Positions 1 through 9,901 of a stretch of DNA of 64,000 bases are shown in pieces. The stretch's first letter is position 1. Each line of letters opens with the position of its first letter. The notes beneath the pieces are model-generated. The model saw nothing but the letters and a program-made list of their open reading frames with translations, was not told the DNA's origin and made no database searches. Source of the DNA: Tepidisphaeraceae bacterium. GTDB taxonomy: Bacteria > Planctomycetota > Phycisphaerae > Tepidisphaerales > Tepidisphaeraceae. The stretch spans positions 66,586-130,585 of the forward strand of contig DASYWJ010000034.1 in the NCBI GenBank assembly GCA_035936155.1, read 5' to 3'. The position numbers were made by a program, and so were the translations under genes.

Positions 1-449
1 ACGAGGCAAGGCTGGCGATGTTGACCACCTTGCCCCCCACCTTCAGCGGCTCGTAGAACGATTGGCAGGCGCGGAGCATTCCGGTGAGGTTGATGTCGAT
101 CACCGCGTTCCAGTCGGCCTCGGTGATGTCCTTGGCCTGGTTGCGGAAGGTGACGCCGGCGGCGTTGATGAGGATCTCGACGTGACCGAACTCTTTCAGC
201 ACCGCATCGCGCAGCGCATCGATGCTGGGACGGTTGGTGACGTCAACGGAGGCGCGGAAGGCGCGGCGCTCGAGGGATTCGATGCGCTCGCACACGGGCT
301 CGGCGGCTTCGATATGGCGGCTGGCGGGGACGACATCCGCACCGCTCTGGGCAAGGCCAATGGCGATGGCCTTGCCCAGCCCCGAGGTCCCGCCGATGAC
401 GACGGCGACGCGGTCGGTGAGGTCGGTGATGTTGCGCGCGGTGGGCATG
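1..449 (-). CDS. Short-chain dehydrogenase/reductase (SDR) family oxidoreductase; 5' portion only, the 3' end lies beyond the window start
   Basis: Reverse-strand translation from the ATG at 449 reads MPTARNITDLTDRVAVVIGGTSGLGKAIAIGLAQSGADVV...NAAGVTFRN... It shows the classic TGxxxGxG Rossmann motif and the NAAG motif. It is absent from the ORF track because it runs off the edge. It sits 6 nt downstream of the GH2 stop, so the two are probably in an operon. Confidence 0.75.
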
Positions 450-455
450 GGGGGT

Positions 456-3452
456 TCAATTCGCCTTCGTCGGTTGAACCGGCAGCGGCGGCAGCGCGGG
501 GTTCGCGTCGATCGGCTGCGTCCCCTTCAGCAGTACCTCATGCGGGGGAACGGGTTGAAGGTTCTTCGTCGATTCCGGATCGGCCGCGGCGCGGTAGAGG
601 TTGTCGCGCACAAGACGGGCAGCGGGATCGATTTCGGCGCTGGCGGCGAGGTCCAGGTCGCAGATCCACAACCGCCCGCGGCCGAGCGGAATCTCGCTCA
701 TCACGACGCGATACTGGTCCGGCACCTTCTCAGCGGGAATGTACGAGTGAGCCGGGATGTATCGGATCAGTTCCCGCGCCCTGGCCCCGGGTTTGAGGCG
801 ATGGCTGGTGCCTGCGACGTAAGCGCGCCAGTCGTTCTTGCGCGCCCACCACTTGATGTCCATCGGCTGAAGATTCTCCGCCAGCTTCGTGCCCCGTGCG
901 GGGTACCAGTCGGCGAACTCGGCGAAGTCCGGCTTCTCTGGGGTGCCGCGGATGTCGAGGAGGTCGTCGGGGAAGAGCTTCAGGATTTCTTTGGAGGGGG
1001 AGAAGACGATCGCGGTCGCGCCGGATTCGATCTGCTGGCGCAGGTCACCGCCCTCCTTCAGTCCGTCGAGCGACTCATCTGCGTTTACAACGATGACGCC
1101 GTCCGAAGGCCGCTGCTCATCGGTGGGCCCTGGGAAGATCTCGATTGGATCGGTCGTGCCCGAGACGTGCTGCCCGTCGCGCGTCTTGAGCATCAGGATT
1201 AGCTCCGTGCGCCGGCGAGCCTCCCTGCCCGCGGGCAGTTTAAGCGTGACCGGAAACTTCTTCGTGGCGTAGTACGGAAGCTGCGCGACGTTGGCCAACT
1301 CCTGCGAGACGCTGCTCTCCCGGCCGATCGTGGCGATGAGACGCAGGTCCTTGAGGTCGCGGCCTTGCTCGTCGTCGTTGGTGATGTAGACGCTCGTCTC
1401 GATCGTGTCGCCAGCGAAGAACCGGCGCTGATGCGTCTCCAGCGCCAGGCCCACGGGCGCGAAGGCGTCCTTCACCGCCTCAAGCACCGGATAGGGCGTC
1501 GCCTCCGGAAGATAGCTGTGGCGGAACCAGCACTCGGCGGAAAAGAGCGAGAAGCCGGCCGTCTTGTCGCCGCGCTCGAAGCGAAGCTGCTCGGCCCAGC
1601 GCTTGGTCACCTCCGCGTGCTCGGCGAGGAAGATGGCGGGGTCATTGCCGGGGTAGGCGTACACGCCGACCCACGCCTGTGGGGTGACGAGATCGCGCGT
1701 GTAACGCAGGACGGGCAGGCCGGTGTCCAGATCCGGATAGCCCGATGACATTTCCTGACCGATCAGCGGGCGGTCCGGGTTGGCGCGATAACTCGACGTG
1801 TCCACGACAAACGGCGAATCGGCATACCACCCGCTGTACTTGTGCATGTCGTCGACGTCGCCGTCGTACATCCCTGCCGGCTTCAGCGTGGTCTCGTAGA
1901 ATTTTTCCTCTCGGACATAGTCGGAGGAGACCACGATCGGGTGGTTCGGCGCGAGCTGTTTCGTCTGTTTCGCGACGTCGGAGAGGATCTGCCACTTCTT
2001 GAGGTTCTCCTTGTCGCGCAGGAGCATCTCGTTGCCGACGGTGAAGATGAAAACGCTGGGGTGGTTGCGGCAGCGCTTGACCACGTCGGCGTTCTCCATC
2101 AGCCAATGCTGCACGATCTCCGACGGCGGCATGACCTCATGGCCGATCTGGTCGCTCCGCCCGGCAAACGCCCAGGGGCGGATGCCCTCGATGCTGACCG
2201 CCAGGCCGATCTCGTCGGCGGCGTCCAGCCAGGCCTCATTCCACGGCGTGCAATGCGTGCGCGTGGAGTCGATATTGGCATCGTGCAGCATCTGGATGAG
2301 CTTGCGCGGCAGCTGCGGGTCCCATGGGTTCTTACCGTACGGGAGCTGGTTGGCGCCGCGCATCCAGTACCGCTTGCCGTTGAGGTAGAGCTGGTTGCCC
2401 TTCACCTCGAAGGTGCGGAAGCCGACGTTGTGGATCCAGCGGTCGGAGTACGATCCATCCGGTTGTTCATCGAGGGTCACCTCCAATCGGTACAGATTCG
2501 GCTCGGCCGGCGTCCAGAGCTTGGGCTTGAGGGCCTCGAAGTGGACGTTGACGAGGTCTGTCGCGCTTGCGGCGCTGGCGATGCCTCCCACCTGCTCGGC
2601 GAGCTTCTCGTTCGTCTTCAGATCCGTCAGCGTGACTTTATACGTCCCCGCCGGCTGGCGGAGTGTGATCTGGATATCAGCGCCGCTCACCGTCGGCTGG
2701 AACCATACGTCATCGATCCGGTTGGGCCCGCGCACCACCAGCTTCACTGGCTGCCAGATGCCGTACAGGTCGTACGCGCGGTTGTCCTGGTTCGGCGTGA
2801 GGGGGCCGAACATGCCCTTGCTCATCGAAATCACTTTGGCCGCGGAAAGGTTCACCGTCACCGCTTCGCCGAGGTTCCCACTCGTCGGCGGGATCTTTTC
2901 CATGCTCACCCACATCGCCAGCGTGTTCCTGCCGGGCTTGAGGTGCGGCGTGAGGTCGTAGCTGAACCGGCTGAACATGCCGGCGTGCTGGCCCAGCTCG
3001 TGGCCGTTGATGAACGTGCGGCTGCGCATGGCGACACCGTCGAACTCGATCCACAGGTGCCGGCCCTTCGGCAACTGCGGGACCTCGATGTCCAGGCGAT
3101 ACCAGCCGTCGTCGCTCTTCTCGGTGTCGAAGCCAAGCTTGTCGAGCCGCTCCTGCTCCCATTTCTTGAAATCTTCGGAGTCGTCGAGCCACCATTGAAT
3201 GCGGCTGAGCATCTGCGGGACAGGGGCGGGGTGGTAGCCGGAGGGTTCGGTCGACGACTCGGGCTTCTCTCCGTCGTCCAGCGCGTAGGTCGGCTTGAAG
3301 AGCCACTGACCGGTGAGGTCGATGGTCGTGCCGGGGGTGAGCTTATCTTCGGCAAGCTTCACGCCCGCCAGCGTCGCTTGCGCGGACGCCGCGGCCGTAC
3401 ATAGCGCCGTCAGCAGGAACATGGCCAGCAGTATGCTCTGACTTTTCAACAT
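456..3452 (-). CDS. Secreted glycoside hydrolase family 2 (beta-galactosidase/beta-glucuronidase-like)
   Basis: The tracked ORF is 456..3581. The likely true start is the ATG at 3452 (MLKSQSILLAMFLLTALCTAAASAQA, a signal peptide), preceded by a GGAGG Shine-Dalgarno. The protein has a GH2 N-terminal sugar-binding domain (LWIEFDGVAMRSRTFINGHELG...) and a TIM barrel with VGNEM (acid/base) and HCTPWNE segments. Confidence 0.8.
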   Translation of the reverse strand: MLKSQSILLAMFLLTALCTAAASAQATLAGVKLAEDKLTPGTTIDLTGQWLFKPTYALDDGEKPESSTEPSGYHPAPVPQMLSRIQWWLDDSEDFKKWEQERLDKLGFDTEKSDDGWYRLDIEVPQLPKGRHLWIEFDGVAMRSRTFINGHELGQHAGMFSRFSYDLTPHLKPGRNTLAMWVSMEKIPPTSGNLGEAVTVNLSAAKVISMSKGMFGPLTPNQDNRAYDLYGIWQPVKLVVRGPNRIDDVWFQPTVSGADIQITLRQPAGTYKVTLTDLKTNEKLAEQVGGIASAASATDLVNVHFEALKPKLWTPAEPNLYRLEVTLDEQPDGSYSDRWIHNVGFRTFEVKGNQLYLNGKRYWMRGANQLPYGKNPWDPQLPRKLIQMLHDANIDSTRTHCTPWNEAWLDAADEIGLAVSIEGIRPWAFAGRSDQIGHEVMPPSEIVQHWLMENADVVKRCRNHPSVFIFTVGNEMLLRDKENLKKWQILSDVAKQTKQLAPNHPIVVSSDYVREEKFYETTLKPAGMYDGDVDDMHKYSGWYADSPFVVDTSSYRANPDRPLIGQEMSSGYPDLDTGLPVLRYTRDLVTPQAWVGVYAYPGNDPAIFLAEHAEVTKRWAEQLRFERGDKTAGFSLFSAECWFRHSYLPEATPYPVLEAVKDAFAPVGLALETHQRRFFAGDTIETSVYITNDDEQGRDLKDLRLIATIGRESSVSQELANVAQLPYYATKKFPVTLKLPAGREARRRTELILMLKTRDGQHVSGTTDPIEIFPGPTDEQRPSDGVIVVNADESLDGLKEGGDLRQQIESGATAIVFSPSKEILKLFPDDLLDIRGTPEKPDFAEFADWYPARGTKLAENLQPMDIKWWARKNDWRAYVAGTSHRLKPGARARELIRYIPAHSYIPAEKVPDQYRVVMSEIPLGRGRLWICDLDLAASAEIDPAARLVRDNLYRAAADPESTKNLQPVPPHEVLLKGTQPIDANPALPPLPVQPTKAN

Positions 3453-3460
3453 AGCCTCCG

Positions 3461-3568
3461 TCATTGTCATCCTGAGGTACATGGGTACTTGCGCAGCGGG
3501 TGATCCAAGGATCTCCACCATTCCAGTGCGCAGAACTTTTTCGGAGTACCTCAGTCTCAGGATGACAC
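3461..3568. repeat. REP/MITE-like palindromic element, copy 1. Terminal inverted arms are TGTCATCCTGAGGTAC and GGAGTACCTCAG(TCTCAG)GATGACA.
   Basis: The arms are near-perfect reverse complements flanking about 65 nt of unique sequence. The same arms recur at 14481-14557. The element lies between the gudD stop and the GH2 start. Confidence 0.7.
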
Positions 3569-3593
3569 CTTGCACTCTCACGCGCGGACGAGC

Positions 3594-4835
3594 TCAAAAC
3601 TTCATCTCCGGCACCCGCGCATCATTGGGGTCGGCCCAGCGGTTGTTCGGAATCGTCGGTGCCCAGCCGGGGCGGAGCGGGTCCTGGTCATAAGGATAGC
3701 CGTCGAGCTTCTTGTAAAGCTCCGCGTACTTTCCGAGCTTCTCGCGGTCGAGCTTCACGCCCAGCCCGGGACCGTTGGGCACTTTCATGCTGCCGTTCTC
3801 GTACACCATCTTGCCGCCCTCGATGATGTCGTCGACCAGCTGGTGATAATGCGCATCGGCGGCGAAGCTGAGGTTCGGGATGCACGCGCCCAGGTGAAGC
3901 ATCGTCGCGAGCTGAATCCCCAATTCGCCCGATGAATGCACCGCCACGCCCATCTGAAAAGTCTCGCACACGCCGGCCGCTTTGATGCACTGGCGGATGC
4001 CGCCCCAGAACGTCGTGTCGAGCAGGATGACATCGACGGCGGTGTCGAGCACGTTGGCCGAGAGCTGCTCGAAGCCGACGACGACGGTGTTGGTGGCGAC
4101 GGGGATGCGCACCATCTGCCGCACCCGCCGCATGCCGTTGATGCCGAAGACGGGGTCTTCGAAGTAGTCGTTATGCAGACCCTCGATGCCCTGTCCGAAG
4201 CGGATGGCCTGCTCGACGGACCACACGCCGTTTGGATCAACGCGGAAGCTGTCGCCGGGCAACGCCTTCGCCAGCGCGCGATAGCATTCCAGCTCGTACT
4301 CGGGATTGAACACGCCGGCCTTGAACTTATGGGCGCTGAACCCGTGCTTCTGCTTCAGCTCCTTCGCGTGGGCGACGAGCTGCTCGGGTGTGCGCACTTC
4401 TCCAGAGCGGTCGCCATTGGGGTATCGGAAGAACAGGTAGGACGCGAAGGGCACGCGGTCCTGGAGCTTCCCGCCGAGGATGTCGTAGACGGGGACGTTC
4501 CAGCGCTTGCCGAGGATGTCGAGGCAGGCGAACTCCAGCGCCGCCAGCACCTGCGTGCGGTTGTTGTAGAGCGAGGCCGTGGGGTTGGCGATGCGGAAGC
4601 GCATCTCCTCCATGTGAGCGGGGTTGTGGCCGAGGAGGTACTTTTTCATCGCACGGAAGGTAGCCTCCGCGCTCTCTCCCCCGCCGCCCATTTCGCCGAG
4701 GCCCGTAATGCCCTCGTCGGTATCCACTTCGACGACGGTGCGGACGAAACGTCCCCAGTGGCAGCCGTTCGCATGTCGCAGCGGCGCTTCGAGCGGGACG
4801 GTGACCGTGGTGGCCTTGATGTCGGTGATCTTCAT
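3594..4835 (-). CDS. gudD: D-glucarate dehydratase (enolase superfamily)
   Basis: Strong similarity to remembered E. coli GudD across the whole length ([21 protein letters not shown] and the C-terminal PGW...NNRW segment). The tracked ORF extends to 4889. I prefer the ATG at 4835 ([13 protein letters not shown]), which aligns with the E. coli N-terminus and leaves the upstream palindrome intergenic. Confidence 0.85.
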   Translation of the reverse strand: MKITDIKATTVTVPLEAPLRHANGCHWGRFVRTVVEVDTDEGITGLGEMGGGGESAEATFRAMKKYLLGHNPAHMEEMRFRIANPTASLYNNRTQVLAALEFACLDILGKRWNVPVYDILGGKLQDRVPFASYLFFRYPNGDRSGEVRTPEQLVAHAKELKQKHGFSAHKFKAGVFNPEYELECYRALAKALPGDSFRVDPNGVWSVEQAIRFGQGIEGLHNDYFEDPVFGINGMRRVRQMVRIPVATNTVVVGFEQLSANVLDTAVDVILLDTTFWGGIRQCIKAAGVCETFQMGVAVHSSGELGIQLATMLHLGACIPNLSFAADAHYHQLVDDIIEGGKMVYENGSMKVPNGPGLGVKLDREKLGKYAELYKKLDGYPYDQDPLRPGWAPTIPNNRWADPNDARVPEMKF

Positions 4836-4854
4836 GCGTTTCGGAGCGGATGAA

Positions 4855-4955
4855 TTAGCCGCAGATGAACGCAGATTAACGCAGATCAATGCAAAGGCAA
4901 AAACACAGTTCTTCTCATTCCTGATCCGCGTTCATCTGCGTTCATCTGCGGCTAA
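4855..4955. promoter_or_regulatory. Large perfect palindrome made of iterated 10-bp motifs (CGCAGATNAA) in the gudD 5' region; putative operator or structured leader
   Basis: TTAGCCGCAGATGAACGCAGAT (4855-4876) is the exact reverse complement of ATCTGCGTTCATCTGCGGCTAA (4934-4955). Inner partial arms are AACGCAGATCA and TGATCCGCGTT. The loop is AT-rich, which is unusual for this genome. The right arm overlaps the TAG stop of the upstream GH10-like gene. Confidence 0.55.
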
Positions 4956-6724
4956 CTGCTCTTGGCGACGCCCCAGTCCTTCTGGATTCTGAGCAGCCGA
5001 TGGAAGCTTTCCTTCGGCGACATGTCCTTGTTCAGCAGCCCGCCGTGCGGCCAGAAGTGGCCGCCGACGTCGGCCAAGTCCCACCACTGCGCGACCTCGA
5101 TCTGTGGATGGCTGTAGCAAAGTGTAAACATTGCCTCGAGCCAGTCTGCCTGCAGCGTCTCGTTCCAGGCCTCGCCGTGCCAGGGCGGCGTTGCCGACTT
5201 GGGCCGCATGCTTTCGGGGTCCTGGCCCGGCTTGGCGCTGGTGGACATCTCGGTGATGTGGATCGGCTTGCCGATCACAAAATGGCGCTGGAGCATGCGG
5301 TCGATCTCGAACACGTCGTAACTTGGGTAGTACAGTTGCAGCCCAAGCGTCTCGAACTCCACGCCGTTGGCAAGGCAGTCCTGCGCAAACGTGAGCGGCG
5401 ACCAGCGACGCGAGCCGTCGCGGTTGCGGCGCACGGCATACTCGGCCCACTGGCAGCAGTGGTTGATCATGCGCTTGATCCGCGGGTGACCCTCGCGTGC
5501 CGCGCGGGTGACGGCTCGGGCCAGATCGAGAATCCGCTCGTGGTCCATGTGCCAGAGGTTGGCCTTGTCGTGCGCCTCGTTGAGGACCTCGACGTGGGGG
5601 ACGCGATCGCCGTACTTCTGGAGGAAATGAGCGCACGTCTGGCGGTTGATGTGCTCGTACAACTGCTTGACGCGCGGGTACGGCCAAGCGGGGTTGTACT
5701 CCCGGCGCGGCTCCGACTGCTCGCCGGTGGGAAGCGTCGTGGCGGGGAGTTCCACCGGCCGGATCCACTCCGGCATCGCGCCGCGGGCCATGTAACAGTA
5801 GCCAAAGCTCTTGGGCGTGATGCCCCGGGCGAGGCACCAGTCGATCGAGCCGTCCATCCGCGCGTAATCGACGTACGGCGGCTCGGGCGTTTTCCAAGTG
5901 TACCACGCGCCGGTGGCAAAATTGAACGCCTGCTCGACCGCCTCGTCGTAGGCGGGAAACTGCCCATACTTCGACACCATCACGCCAAAGCCGAAGTCCT
6001 TGCGCGGCTCGGGGAAGCGGGAGATGCGGTGCTTCGCCGCATTGAGCGCAAACGACTCGCCGGCGTGCATGGCGAGCGACAACGCCTCATACGCCGCCGC
6101 GGTGCTGCTCCCGGAAGACCTGCGACCTTGTTGGAGCCGCACCGCCGCGGCGTGAAGGCGTCGACTTGCAATTACATCGGCGCGCATGCCGGCGGTCGCC
6201 GCCGCACGGATCGCTTCGCGCACGCGGTGCAGGCGCGTCTTGGCGGCCTCGACGACGAAGTCGATCTCGCCAGGCTTGTGGTAACCCAGTCCCTCGTTGT
6301 CTGCGTAGACGTACACCTCGCCAAAGTCCGGGATCTTCAGCCGGCACACGACCTGGATCGGCTCATTGGCGATGGCGACCCGCACCCGCCCATCGGCGCG
6401 GATGATCGCCTGCGGGAGCGGGTCGTTGTTGAGGTCGCGTGCGTGGAGGAGCCGGGCGCGGTCCGGCGCGAGCGACGAGCCGTCGACTTCGGTGAGCATC
6501 ACGCGGAGGTACCCGCGATCCCCGCCGACGGTGGGCGCGTTCGCCTCTTCAGCACCGAGGCCGTGGGAGGGATCGAGATCGGTCTCGCCGGTGGGCTGCG
6601 TGGTCGGGAGGGTGGCGGTTGGCCTCTTGTCCTGCCGGCACCCCGCCAGCGCCGCTGCGGCGGCAGCGGTGCCGATCAAAAACGTACGACGCGCTAGTGG
6701 CTCGTTCATTGGTGCTCCGAACAT
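4952..6724 (-). CDS. Glycoside hydrolase family 10-like (xylanase-type TIM barrel) with Tat signal and lipoprotein Cys
   Basis: RRTFLIGTAAAAAALAGC is a twin-arginine signal plus lipobox. GH10-like motifs are present: FNFATGAWYTWKT, VEVLNEAHD (acid/base) and IHITEMSTS (nucleophile). An alternative start is the ATG at 6709. Confidence 0.65.
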   Translation of the reverse strand: MFGAPMNEPLARRTFLIGTAAAAAALAGCRQDKRPTATLPTTQPTGETDLDPSHGLGAEEANAPTVGGDRGYLRVMLTEVDGSSLAPDRARLLHARDLNNDPLPQAIIRADGRVRVAIANEPIQVVCRLKIPDFGEVYVYADNEGLGYHKPGEIDFVVEAAKTRLHRVREAIRAAATAGMRADVIASRRLHAAAVRLQQGRRSSGSSTAAAYEALSLAMHAGESFALNAAKHRISRFPEPRKDFGFGVMVSKYGQFPAYDEAVEQAFNFATGAWYTWKTPEPPYVDYARMDGSIDWCLARGITPKSFGYCYMARGAMPEWIRPVELPATTLPTGEQSEPRREYNPAWPYPRVKQLYEHINRQTCAHFLQKYGDRVPHVEVLNEAHDKANLWHMDHERILDLARAVTRAAREGHPRIKRMINHCCQWAEYAVRRNRDGSRRWSPLTFAQDCLANGVEFETLGLQLYYPSYDVFEIDRMLQRHFVIGKPIHITEMSTSAKPGQDPESMRPKSATPPWHGEAWNETLQADWLEAMFTLCYSHPQIEVAQWWDLADVGGHFWPHGGLLNKDMSPKESFHRLLRIQKDWGVAKSS

Positions 6725-6912
6725 TTACTCCCCCTCACCGGTATTCCGGAGAGAGGGTTGGGGAGAGAGGCAAGCGGCGCGGCAGACGAAGCATCGGTTG
6801 CGTCGAGAAAACGCCGATCTTCGACGCGAACGATCATCGTTTGTCCGAACGCACCCCGCCCCTCTCCCCTGCCCTCTCCCCGGAGTACCGGTGAGAGGGA
6901 GGACGCCAATCG

Positions 6913-9789
6913 CTAATCCAAATCTGTCTTCACCCCGCCCGTGCCCGTTGTTTCCGCAACCAGGCCGATCTTTGCGGCGCCGGAGTCTTTTGCAGTCTTC
7001 CAGTAGCGCAGCGTCAGGTCCATCGCCGCCTGCGTCACGTCTTCCTGTGTCTTGCCGGTGACGATCAGCTGCTCGCCCTGCTCATTGCTGCCGGGGGCGA
7101 GGCGGATGGTGGGCTTGTCGGCCTTGCCTTTGGAAACGTAGATGATGCCGCCGCGTTTTTTCACGTCGTCGGGCAAGTCGTTGGCCTGAAAGATGTCGAC
7201 TACGCGCCCGGTCGCCGATTCCAGCGTCTGATAGATGACCCACGCCGCCTCGAGCTCCATCACCGATGCCTCGACCGGATAAACCACCGCGATTGGTCGG
7301 TTGAAGTCGAAGTCGAGCGCATTGCTCTCGTAGGCTACTTCCGTGCTCGTCTGCGCGTCCATCTTCGGCGCCCCCGCGTAGCGCGCCTCCGCCCATCCGT
7401 AGCGCGACCCGTCGCCGCATTCAATCCGCAGGAACACGTGATAAAACCCCGGCTTGGCATCGTCCGGCAGCGAGATTGCCATCGGGTAGGTCTTTGATTC
7501 ACCCGGCTCTAATTCGAGCAGGAGCGTGACTCGCGGCGAATGAGCCATTGACGCCACGATGCCGGCAGCCGCCTCCGGCCGGGCGCTGCACTTGAGCGGA
7601 TTGTCGCTGTTGTTCGTGATCGTGAACTCGGCGACGCCGCCGCCGTCTTTGAGCTCGACGACCGGGCGGTTGATCCCGATCAGCCGCGTCGCGCCGGCGG
7701 GGTTTGAATAGGCCTGGATCAACTCCATCATCACCATCGCCTCCGGCTTGGGCCGGCGGCTGAGGTTGAGCAGCTCGTAGTGGCGGATGCCCTTGAGCGT
7801 CGTCGGGCTCATGGCCAGCCCGTCCTGGAACTGGAACTGATAGACGTCGGCGATGGCCCGCGTCTTGAGGATGTTCTCGAAGATCGGCCGGTAAATCTCC
7901 GCCCGCGCCTCGGGTGTCATGCGCGTGAGAAATCTCCAGTTCCACTCGGTGATCACCGGCGGCTTGTTCACCGTCGTCGCATAATCGGCGACGGCCAGCC
8001 CGAAATTCCTTCCGCTGTTGATATTGTCGAGCGAGTCCATGTACGCGTGCGCGCCGACGCGGTCGAACGGGACGCCCAGCGCATTGAGCCGGTCAAACGC
8101 ACCGGTGTTCGTGTGTGCCGTGAGGTGCACGGGCATGTCCGGCGCGACTTCTTTGATCGCCTTATACACGTCCTTCCAGTACTGCACGTCCGCGTCGAAG
8201 ATCTGGAAGATGAGGATTTCGTTGTCGATCTCGACGCCGTCGATCAGGTCGCGGTAGCGCTTGACGAACTTGGCCGTCTCCTCGGGCGAGGTTTTGATGT
8301 CGAGCAGCGCCTTGAGGCCGAGGTTTTTCAACTCCCCGAAGTAGAAGTCGAGGTAGTCATTGCGCTGCTGCTCGGTGAGATACGCTTTGCCGTCTGCATC
8401 GTTGTCCCAGAGCAGCTCGACGTGGTGCAGCCGGATCAGCTCGAATCCCATCGCCTTGGCGATTCGCAGGTCGCGCTTGATGTCGTCGGCGAAGCGCTTG
8501 TACTGCTTGACCGTCTCGGGCGCGAGCGGCCAATAGTAATCCTTGCTCATGCCCGGCTGCTTCAGGGTGACGAAGTTCTCCCCCAGCGTGGAGTACGGGA
8601 AGTAGTTCGTGCCGAAGCGCGTGAACGGAACCCCGAAGGACACCTTCGCGCCGTCTGAGGTCTTTTCCTGCGCGTTGTAGCCGGTGTAGGCGATGAAGTG
8701 CTGATCGGCGCGCTCTTCGCTGATGGGCACGCCGCTGAAGATCATGCGCGATCCGATCAGCAGCCCCTCCCCCGGCGGCGGGAGCACGTTGTGGTCCAAC
8801 CGGGAGAGGTGCTGGCGCAGGTTGGGGCGTGCGATTTCGCTGATCGAGTAAATCGTGTCGCCCTTTGCCTGAGCTTCCTGTGCGACCTGGGCGGTATTGG
8901 CGCCGATCCAGCGCGGGCCGACTTTGTCGGTCTTCTCGCGATGGACTGTGAACGATGGAGTGAAATCCTTCAGCCACAGGGCGGAAGATCCGGGGCTTGC
9001 GCCTGCGGCTGTGAAGGAGGTGTTGATCCAGTCGACCCCACGCTGGAAATACAGGTGCCGGCCCTGCCCGTGACGGAAGGGGCTGTATGCTTGGCCGGTA
9101 AAATCGGAGGTGCGGTTGTCATAGCAGAGCGTGCGCGCGTGAATGCTGGGCTGCTGCCAGCGGCAGATGACGGCGGCGTAGACATCCTCCGTCGGCGCCG
9201 ACTCATTCGTATAGCGCGCGCTCACGTCGAGAAATCCCGCCCGATACGCGCGCAGCTCGACGTCGAGCTTCAACCCCGATCCCGACGCCGAAGCCGACCA
9301 CGTCTCGAACACCGGTCCCTCGCCAGTCTTTCGGAACGACAGCGGCAGCGGAGAGAACCCGGCGGCGAAGTCGCCCTTCGTGTCCAGCGCCTTCATCTGC
9401 GTCTGCGGTCCGTTTGGGTCTATCGGCCGAACGATCACGCCCCATGCGAGTTCGCCGCGGTCCTTCCCGTCGAACGCGATGCGAACCGCATTTGCGTCCG
9501 GCTTCAGCTCCACCCGGCTGCGCATCCGCACGTTGGGCGGGATCTCCAGCGGCGCCTGCACCTTCGCGCCGGCCGGCGCCGACATCACAATCACCGCGTC
9601 ATCCCCCACCTGCTGCGCTGCCGTGGCGCTGTCGGTGAGTTTCACCCCGCGCACCTGCACCGGCATGTGGATGTCAAACGGCTGGTTGTTGACGATGTCG
9701 ATCTGCTGCGCCCATGCGGGAACGACGACGAGGGCAGTGATCCACGCGACGCACAGACCAACGGCAGCGAGCGGTTTTCGTTGGAGCAT
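6913..9789 (-). CDS. Large secreted glycoside hydrolase (GH5-like TIM barrel; family call tentative)
   Basis: The tracked ORF begins with TTG at 9819. The ATG at 9789 gives MLQRKPLAAVGLCVAWITALVVVPAWAQQ, a signal peptide. The central region has a TIM-barrel GH pattern with EIDNEI (acid) and PPVITEWNW (nucleophile). Confidence 0.55.
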   Translation of the reverse strand: MLQRKPLAAVGLCVAWITALVVVPAWAQQIDIVNNQPFDIHMPVQVRGVKLTDSATAAQQVGDDAVIVMSAPAGAKVQAPLEIPPNVRMRSRVELKPDANAVRIAFDGKDRGELAWGVIVRPIDPNGPQTQMKALDTKGDFAAGFSPLPLSFRKTGEGPVFETWSASASGSGLKLDVELRAYRAGFLDVSARYTNESAPTEDVYAAVICRWQQPSIHARTLCYDNRTSDFTGQAYSPFRHGQGRHLYFQRGVDWINTSFTAAGASPGSSALWLKDFTPSFTVHREKTDKVGPRWIGANTAQVAQEAQAKGDTIYSISEIARPNLRQHLSRLDHNVLPPPGEGLLIGSRMIFSGVPISEERADQHFIAYTGYNAQEKTSDGAKVSFGVPFTRFGTNYFPYSTLGENFVTLKQPGMSKDYYWPLAPETVKQYKRFADDIKRDLRIAKAMGFELIRLHHVELLWDNDADGKAYLTEQQRNDYLDFYFGELKNLGLKALLDIKTSPEETAKFVKRYRDLIDGVEIDNEILIFQIFDADVQYWKDVYKAIKEVAPDMPVHLTAHTNTGAFDRLNALGVPFDRVGAHAYMDSLDNINSGRNFGLAVADYATTVNKPPVITEWNWRFLTRMTPEARAEIYRPIFENILKTRAIADVYQFQFQDGLAMSPTTLKGIRHYELLNLSRRPKPEAMVMMELIQAYSNPAGATRLIGINRPVVELKDGGGVAEFTITNNSDNPLKCSARPEAAAGIVASMAHSPRVTLLLELEPGESKTYPMAISLPDDAKPGFYHVFLRIECGDGSRYGWAEARYAGAPKMDAQTSTEVAYESNALDFDFNRPIAVVYPVEASVMELEAAWVIYQTLESATGRVVDIFQANDLPDDVKKRGGIIYVSKGKADKPTIRLAPGSNEQGEQLIVTGKTQEDVTQAAMDLTLRYWKTAKDSGAAKIGLVAETTGTGGVKTDLD

Positions 9790-9901
9790 TCCGGAGGGAA
9801 TCCTCTCGGGCTGGAACAAAGCGATCGGTGCCGGCGAGTGTCCGGCACCGATCGGGAACAGTCAATGCGATCGACTGGCGGGGCGTTTGCCTGCGCCGGC
9901 G

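Noticed and set aside
1842-3404. Long plus-strand ORF (520 aa) antisense to the GH2 gene; similar long antisense ORFs at 5000..6697, 7780..8658, 8698..10065, 13885..15843, 42599..44269, 48027..49772 and 39640..40980
   Set aside because: Arg/Ala/Gly/Pro-rich composition with no recognisable domains. They are mirror images of well-supported genes on the opposite strand. Such stop-free antisense frames are expected in a 65-70% GC genome.
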